32,000 nt of DNA from Terriglobia bacterium (GTDB lineage Bacteria; Acidobacteriota; Terriglobia; Terriglobales; Acidobacteriaceae), in NCBI GenBank assembly GCA_041494805.1, contig JBGQBN010000009.1, positions 1 through 32,000 of the forward strand. The letters are read 5' to 3'. A program made the translations under genes and the position numbers. The notes beneath the pieces were generated by a model. It was not told the DNA's origin and made no database searches. It worked only from the letters and a program-made list of their open reading frames with translations. Positions within the stretch are counted from its first letter, which is position 1, and the number at the start of each line of letters is the position of its first letter. Of the stretch, positions 27,101-32,000 are shown piece after piece.

Positions 27101-27782
27101 GCGCCTCGACCGAAGGCTGGATCACGTAGTTGGTTTCATTCAGCAGGTCGGGAAGATTCGAATTATTGTCTACGCCATCCAGCAGGAAATTGTTCTGCAA
27201 CGACCGGGCGCCGCCGGCGGAGAAGCCATAGCCCCCTTCGTCACGGGCTCCGGGCTCGCTGGGCGCCGTCCCCGCAGTCAGCAAGGCCAGTTGAGCGAAA
27301 TTGCGTCCGTTGAGCGGCAGGTTCGCGACGCGTTTGTTGTCCACGACCTGGCCAAGTTCGGAAGTCTCGGTTTCCAGCAGCGGCGCGGCACCCGTGACCT
27401 CAATGGCTTCTGTCAGCCTTCCGATTTGCAGCGTAACATTGACAGCAATGCGCTGCTGCACATCAAGGTTGACCGGCACCGAAACTGCTTTCTTGAATCC
27501 CGGGTGCTCCACGGTAACGGTGTAACTGCCCACCCGCAGAGGACTGGCCACATACTCCCCTGAATCGTTGGTGGTAGCGTTAAAAATGATGCCCCGCTCA
27601 GTATCGGCCACGGTCACTTTGGCGTTAGCAACCACCGCCCCGGTTTGGTCCTTCACCGTGCCCACAATGCTGCCCGTATCTTTTTGGGCTGAGGCGCTGA
27701 TGGAGAGAGTCAGGCAGAGAGTAAGAATGAAAGCAGAAAAACGGGAAGTGCCGGCGTTTGGCATGACGAGGCTCCTTCGCAT
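24195..27782 (-). CDS. TonB-dependent receptor with N-terminal carboxypeptidase-regulatory-like domain
   Basis: [80 protein letters not shown]; C-terminal [20 protein letters not shown]...IQFALKLSF. Confidence 0.93.
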   Translation of the reverse strand: [1195 protein letters not shown]

Positions 27783-27874
27783 GGACTCCCCAATACCACG
27801 GCGGACAGGAGTCGCATGGCATTATGCTTTTCCGGTCGGACGAACCTGATTTGTTGTATAGTTACGAACACTTA

Positions 27875-27903
27875 CTTTTACTTTCGTTCTAGTGCGTTGT
27901 CAA
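27875..27903 (-). promoter_or_regulatory. Possible sigma70-type promoter for the TonB receptor: TTGACA - N17 - TAAAAG
   Basis: Reading the minus strand: TTGACA (27903-27898), 17-nt spacer, TAAAAG (27880-27875), about 100 bp upstream of the 27782 start. Confidence 0.3.
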
Positions 27904-27961
27904 GGGAAGAGTTGGCTCTGTTGACATCCTCAGGAGTGTGATTTTTCGGGTGTCGGTTCGA

Positions 27962-28009
27962 AGGTCCCGGAGGGACCTCTGACAGTAGCCCGCCACTTCC
28001 AGTGGCGGG
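27962..28009. repeat. Two adjacent palindromes AGGTCCC-GGA-GGGACCT and CCCGCCACT-TCC-AGTGGCGGG
   Basis: Perfect 7-bp (27962-27978) and 9-bp (27989-28009) stems in the divergent intergenic region. Confidence 0.75.
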
Positions 28010-28152
28010 TAGCTTGGGGGGACGAGGCGCGTGCTGTAGGCACGCCTGAAACGGACTCCTGACGCCGGCAACGGGCACCTCAGCCGTCCCTACGGCACGG
28101 GGACAATAGCTGGCGGCTCTTCCGGCGTTGAAAAACTTATTCCGAGGTCCTC

Positions 28153-29334
28153 ATGTCGAAATACGCGGCGTCCGCTCTGATCATCCTTTTGGCGCTCATT
28201 GCGTCCCTGGCGGCAGCCCAGAACGCGAGCCCGGCACAAAGCCAGATTGGCTACAAGTCCGCCCAGGACGCAGAACAGAAAAAGACTCTGCTCCTGAGAG
28301 ACTTCAAGCCCGATTCCATGTTGCACCGGCCGGCGCACAACCTGGATCGCGCAAAGTTCTACGTGCTTGACGTGCACAACCACGTGAATGACGCCCAGGG
28401 AATCGATGAGCCCATGCCGCCCCAGCGGGTGCTCGAAATCATGGACGCGACCAACGTGAAGACGGTTGTGATCCTGACCGGCATGTGGGGCGCCAAGCTG
28501 CAGAAGGTCATCGACACCATGGTGAAGCCCTACCCCGGGCGCTTCATCGTGTTCACCCAGATCGACTGGTCGAAAATTGACGATCCCAACTTCAGCCAGC
28601 AGATGGTGGCACAGCTCGATGATGCCGTAGCGCGCGGCGCCCGTGGACTAAAGCTGCTGAAGGATCTGGGTCTGGCCGTGCGTGATAAAAGCGGGAAGCT
28701 GATTCCCGTGGACGATCCCAGGCTGGACCCAGTCTGGGAGGAGTGCGGGCGGCTGGGCATTCCAGTTTCCATCCATACCGGCGATCCTGAAGCCTTCTTC
28801 CATCCTACCGACGCCGGCAACGAGCGTTACGAGGAACTGATCGAGCATCCGGACTGGAGTTTTTATGGTTCACAGTTTCCATCCCTGGAGCAGTTGCTGG
28901 AGGCCCGCAATCGGGTCTTCGCCAAACACCCAAAAACTACCTTCGTTTCCCTGCACATGGGCTGGCCGGAGAATCTACCCTGGGTGGCTCAAATGCTCGA
29001 CCGCTATCCTAACGTGATGGTCGAATTCGGTGCGCGCGAAGCGGAGTTAGGACGGCAGCCGCGGCAGGCGCGGGAGTTCTTCCTTAAGTATCAGGATCGG
29101 ATCATGTTCGGCACCGACAATGGTATGGAAAAAGAAATGTACCGCAACCATTTCCGTTGGCTGGAAACGGCAGACGAGTATTTTGATTACTGGGGCTCTC
29201 CGGCGCAGGGGCGATGGGAGATTTACGGAATAGAACTGCCGGACCCGGTGCTGGCGAAGGTCTATCATTTGAATGCAGAATGGGTCTTCGCACAATTCAA
29301 AGGGACAGCGGAATTACGAAAGGGGGCAAAATGA
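28153..29334 (+). CDS. Exported amidohydrolase (amidohydrolase-2 / metal-dependent TIM-barrel hydrolase)
   Basis: Signal peptide; VLDVHNHVND, GARGLKLLKDLG, IPVSIHTGDPEAFF, TTFVSLHMGWPEN, YPNVMVEFGARE, FLLKYQDRIMFGTDNG-like (FFLKYQDRIMFGTDNG) pattern. Confidence 0.88.
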   Translation: MSKYAASALIILLALIASLAAAQNASPAQSQIGYKSAQDAEQKKTLLLRDFKPDSMLHRPAHNLDRAKFYVLDVHNHVNDAQGIDEPMPPQRVLEIMDATNVKTVVILTGMWGAKLQKVIDTMVKPYPGRFIVFTQIDWSKIDDPNFSQQMVAQLDDAVARGARGLKLLKDLGLAVRDKSGKLIPVDDPRLDPVWEECGRLGIPVSIHTGDPEAFFHPTDAGNERYEELIEHPDWSFYGSQFPSLEQLLEARNRVFAKHPKTTFVSLHMGWPENLPWVAQMLDRYPNVMVEFGAREAELGRQPRQAREFFLKYQDRIMFGTDNGMEKEMYRNHFRWLETADEYFDYWGSPAQGRWEIYGIELPDPVLAKVYHLNAEWVFAQFKGTAELRKGAK

Positions 29335-31601
29335 GGCAGTCACGGACTCGCCATTATTTCTTCGTCGTAGCCGCAATTCTTCTGCTGGTCATGGCCGGCG
29401 GCATGCTGCTTTTCAGCGTCGGATGCGCGCGGACGCCAAAAAAGACGGCGGAACCGCCATCCCAGCCTTCCACCATCCAGGTCACTGTGAATGACGGCGG
29501 GCCCGTCGTCCTCACTACCAGCACCGCGGAATTCCAGGTCCTGCCTTCCGGATACGTCCAAGCTTCCTTGTTGAAGGACGGCAAGAAACTCAGCCTCGAC
29601 GAGCCCCGCCTGGGCTCACCCACCGACAGCGACTATCTTGTCATCGGCGGAAACGAAATTCATTTCGTACTCGAATTCGCGCAAGCCAAAGTCCTGGAGG
29701 CGGCCGGGAAAATGGGGCGGGGAAAGCGCATCCAGATTCCCGCGCATCCCCTGGGTCCGTCAGGGACAAATCTCCAGAGGACGCTGACCGTCGAAGTCTA
29801 CGACGACTTCCCAAATATCCTGCTGACTTCTCTCGATTATAAGAACGAGGGAGCCAGCCAACTCAAGATTGACCAGACCGTGATGCAGAGCCACCGCTTC
29901 AGCGCAGCTTTAGCTGCACCCAAAGCGGCGCCCAGGGTTGCGCCTGGGGTTGCGCCTTACGACATGTGGTCTTATCACGGCTCAAGCTACGACTGGGGCA
30001 AAGACGATGTGCTCAAAGTCACCCGCAGCTTTACCCAGCCCAACGTCATGGGCGAAATGGTCAAAGGCGGCTACGGCGGAGGTATTCCGGTGGTCGCGTT
30101 CTGGACAGGTCAAGTGGGCGAAGCCATCGGCCATGTCGAGACTCTGCCTCTGTCCGTGTCGCTTCCGGTGAAGGTGGAAAGCGACGGGCGAGTGAGCACC
30201 TCCCTGGTCATCCCCGGCGACGTGACCCTGAAAACCGGAGAAACCTACTCCACGCCGCGAAGCTTCCTGGCAGTTTACTCCGGCGATTTCTACGAACCCC
30301 TGCATCTGTGGTCGAGTGTGCTGGCCAAAGAGGGCTGGGACCTCCCCAAACCTTCCAGCGAAGCCTACAACGTCAGTTGGTGCGGCTGGGGATACGAGTT
30401 CAACGTCACCCCGGCGCAAATGCTGGGCACCGTCCCCAAGCTAAAGGAGATGGGCATCAAGTGGGCAACACTCGACGACCGCTGGTTCGATACCTACGGC
30501 GACTGGAACCCGCGGGCCGACACGTTTCCCGGCGGTTCCATCAAGAAAATGGTGGATGACTTCCACAAGCAGGGCATCCTGGTGCAACTATGGTGGCTGC
30601 CCCTGGGCGTGGAGGATGGCCAGGGCAAGTGGGAATCCCACAAGTACATTGTGTCCAAGATAGCGCAGGAACATCCCGACTGGTTCATTCTCGACAAGAA
30701 CGGCAAGCACGCCCGCATGACCCGTGACCTGGCCGCACTGTGCCCTGCGGTTCCCGAGGTGCAGGCTTACTACAAGCAGCTGACCGAGAAGTTCATTCGC
30801 GACTGGGGATTCGATGGCTCGAAACTCGACAACATCTACAGTGTGCCCATGTGCTACAACCCGGCGCATCATCACAAGTCACCGCAGGATTCAGTCAATG
30901 CCATGGCCGATGTCTACAAAACGATTTTCCAGACCACGCGGGCAATCAAGCCAGAGAGCGTGACCCAGGCGTGTCCCTGCGGCACGCCCCCGTCGCTCGC
31001 CTGGCTCCCTTATATAGACCAGGCAGTGACGGCCGATCCCGTGGGCGCAGTGCAGGTGCGTCGGCGAATCAAGATGTACAAAGCGCTGCTTGGCCCGGAA
31101 GCCGCGGTCTATGGCGACCACGTCGAGCTTTCCGCCATGACGCGCGTTGGCAATAACTGGCGTGAGCAAGGCGACGATTTCGCGTCCACCATCGGCACCG
31201 GAGGCGTGGTGGGAACGAAATTTGTCTGGCCTGATCCCGGCGCGAAGTACAAGCCGGTGCTCCTGACCGAGGAAAAGGAAGCCCACTGGAAGAAGTGGAT
31301 CGGAATCTATAACCAGAAAATGCTTTCGAAAGGCACGTTCCGCAACCTGTATGTCCTTGGCTACGATGTGCCAGAAGGCTACGCCATCGAAAAGGACGGC
31401 AAGATGTATTACGCGTTCTTCGCGCCGTCGTCAGCTCCGTGGAAAGGCGCGGTCGAGTTGCGCGGCCTGCAGCCGGGGACGTATCACGTAGTCGACTACA
31501 CCGATGGCAAGAACCTGGGGACGGTCGAAGCCACGGCGGACAAGGCGCCGAAGCTGACGACGGAATTCAAGGAGCATCTGCTGCTGGAAGTCGGGAAGTA
31601 G
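29331..31601 (+). CDS. Sip1/raffinose-synthase-like GH36-type alpha-galactosidase, predicted lipoprotein
   Basis: Lipobox-like LLFSVGC; catalytic barrel WCGWGYEFNVTPAQMLGTVPKLKEMGIKWATLDDRWFDTYGDW, LVQLWWLPLGVE, WGFDGSKLDNIYSVPMCYNPAHHHKSPQDSVNAMADVYKTIF, YGDHVELSAMTRVGNNWREQGDDFASTIGTGGVVGTKF. Start at ATG 29331, overlapping the upstream stop (ATGA). Confidence 0.85.
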   Translation: MRQSRTRHYFFVVAAILLLVMAGGMLLFSVGCARTPKKTAEPPSQPSTIQVTVNDGGPVVLTTSTAEFQVLPSGYVQASLLKDGKKLSLDEPRLGSPTDSDYLVIGGNEIHFVLEFAQAKVLEAAGKMGRGKRIQIPAHPLGPSGTNLQRTLTVEVYDDFPNILLTSLDYKNEGASQLKIDQTVMQSHRFSAALAAPKAAPRVAPGVAPYDMWSYHGSSYDWGKDDVLKVTRSFTQPNVMGEMVKGGYGGGIPVVAFWTGQVGEAIGHVETLPLSVSLPVKVESDGRVSTSLVIPGDVTLKTGETYSTPRSFLAVYSGDFYEPLHLWSSVLAKEGWDLPKPSSEAYNVSWCGWGYEFNVTPAQMLGTVPKLKEMGIKWATLDDRWFDTYGDWNPRADTFPGGSIKKMVDDFHKQGILVQLWWLPLGVEDGQGKWESHKYIVSKIAQEHPDWFILDKNGKHARMTRDLAALCPAVPEVQAYYKQLTEKFIRDWGFDGSKLDNIYSVPMCYNPAHHHKSPQDSVNAMADVYKTIFQTTRAIKPESVTQACPCGTPPSLAWLPYIDQAVTADPVGAVQVRRRIKMYKALLGPEAAVYGDHVELSAMTRVGNNWREQGDDFASTIGTGGVVGTKFVWPDPGAKYKPVLLTEEKEAHWKKWIGIYNQKMLSKGTFRNLYVLGYDVPEGYAIEKDGKMYYAFFAPSSAPWKGAVELRGLQPGTYHVVDYTDGKNLGTVEATADKAPKLTTEFKEHLLLEVGK

Positions 31602-31630
31602 GCCCTAGTAACCTTAGAGGGGTAGGGAAG

Positions 31631-31679
31631 GGCACGGCTTCAGCCGTGCCACTAAAGCCTTATAGAGACTGGGCTTTAG
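31631..31679. repeat. Double palindrome GGCACGGC-TTCA-GCCGTGCC and CTAAAGCC...GGCTTTAG
   Basis: Perfect 8-bp stem (31631-31650) directly followed by a second 8-bp inverted repeat, just downstream of the alpha-galactosidase stop. Confidence 0.75.
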
Positions 31680-31750
31680 CCCCTGCGGGCGATGCGCCTG
31701 CGAGGATTCCTGGCTACCTGCGCTGGCGCTGGCCACGAAACTTCCATCTA

Positions 31751-31996
31751 CTACTGCTTACTCATCGTTCCATCGATCTGCGTGCCTGCGTCATTCTGCA
31801 GGACATAGGCGTCATTTCCGGAAACCAGATAGAAGACCAGGTTGCTCGATAGGCTGTTGATGATCCCGGTGGTACGTCCGTTGCTCGATACCGAATACGT
31901 CCCAGGAAGCAGTCCCGGGATCGAAACCGTCCCCCCGCGATTCAGGAATTCATTCAGTTGCAGGTTTCCCGCGCCATCCCACTGCAATGTGCCCAC
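31751..31996 (-). CDS. C-terminal part of an unidentified protein running off the window edge
   Basis: GNLQLNEFLNRGGTVSIPGLLPGTYSVSSNGRTTGIINSLSSNLVFYLVSGNDAYVLQNDAGTQIDGTMSKQ resembles the C-terminal beta-rich repeats of large acidobacterial secreted proteins. Too short to name. Confidence 0.5.
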   Translation of the reverse strand: MGTLQWDGAGNLQLNEFLNRGGTVSIPGLLPGTYSVSSNGRTTGIINSLSSNLVFYLVSGNDAYVLQNDAGTQIDGTMSKQ

Positions 31997-32000
31997 TCTG

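Noticed and set aside
24087-27563. Long + strand ORFs (407 aa, 440 aa) opposite the TonB receptor
   Set aside because: Mirror frames of a strongly supported 1195-aa receptor; no recognisable domains.
1-32000. tRNA, rRNA, transposase/integrase, toxin-antitoxin, restriction or other defence genes
   Set aside because: I looked for characteristic motifs in the ORF translations and intergenic gaps and found none. A weak or divergent element could still be missed without tRNAscan/HMM searches.

Overview
The window looks like a chromosomal segment from an Acidobacteriota-like genome. That placement is inferred from two very large carboxypeptidase-regulatory-domain TonB-dependent receptors, an FG-GAP/Ig-like/choice-of-anchor-D protein and many short intergenic palindromes. 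Most of the sequence is ordinary protein coding. It contains: (i) a purine-nucleoside neighbourhood (exported SAM-hydroxide-adenosyltransferase-like protein, TonB receptor, purine nucleoside phosphorylase, NupC-type transporter, exported adenosine deaminase, with rpiA further away); (ii) a co-directional minus-strand tricarboxylate block (TonB receptor, HD-domain protein, MmgE/PrpD, fused homoaconitase-like protein, isocitrate/isopropylmalate-dehydrogenase-like protein, CitD-CitE fusion, CitF, alpha/beta hydrolase); and (iii) an amidohydrolase plus a GH36/Sip1-like alpha-galactosidase lipoprotein. The strongest candidate for something undescribed is the otherwise empty gap at about 13380-13705. 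It holds two diverged tandem copies (spacing about 157-164 bp) of a sequence with a GCAA-capped hairpin whose outer stem differs in sequence but keeps its pairing, plus a long closing stem around copy 2. This suggests a structured non-coding RNA. Other notable points are a single-base frameshift in a cysteine-desulfurase-like gene, a possible AUU start codon for a homoserine-dehydrogenase-like gene, and several palindromic repeat families. No CRISPR array, tRNA, rRNA or transposase was recognised.
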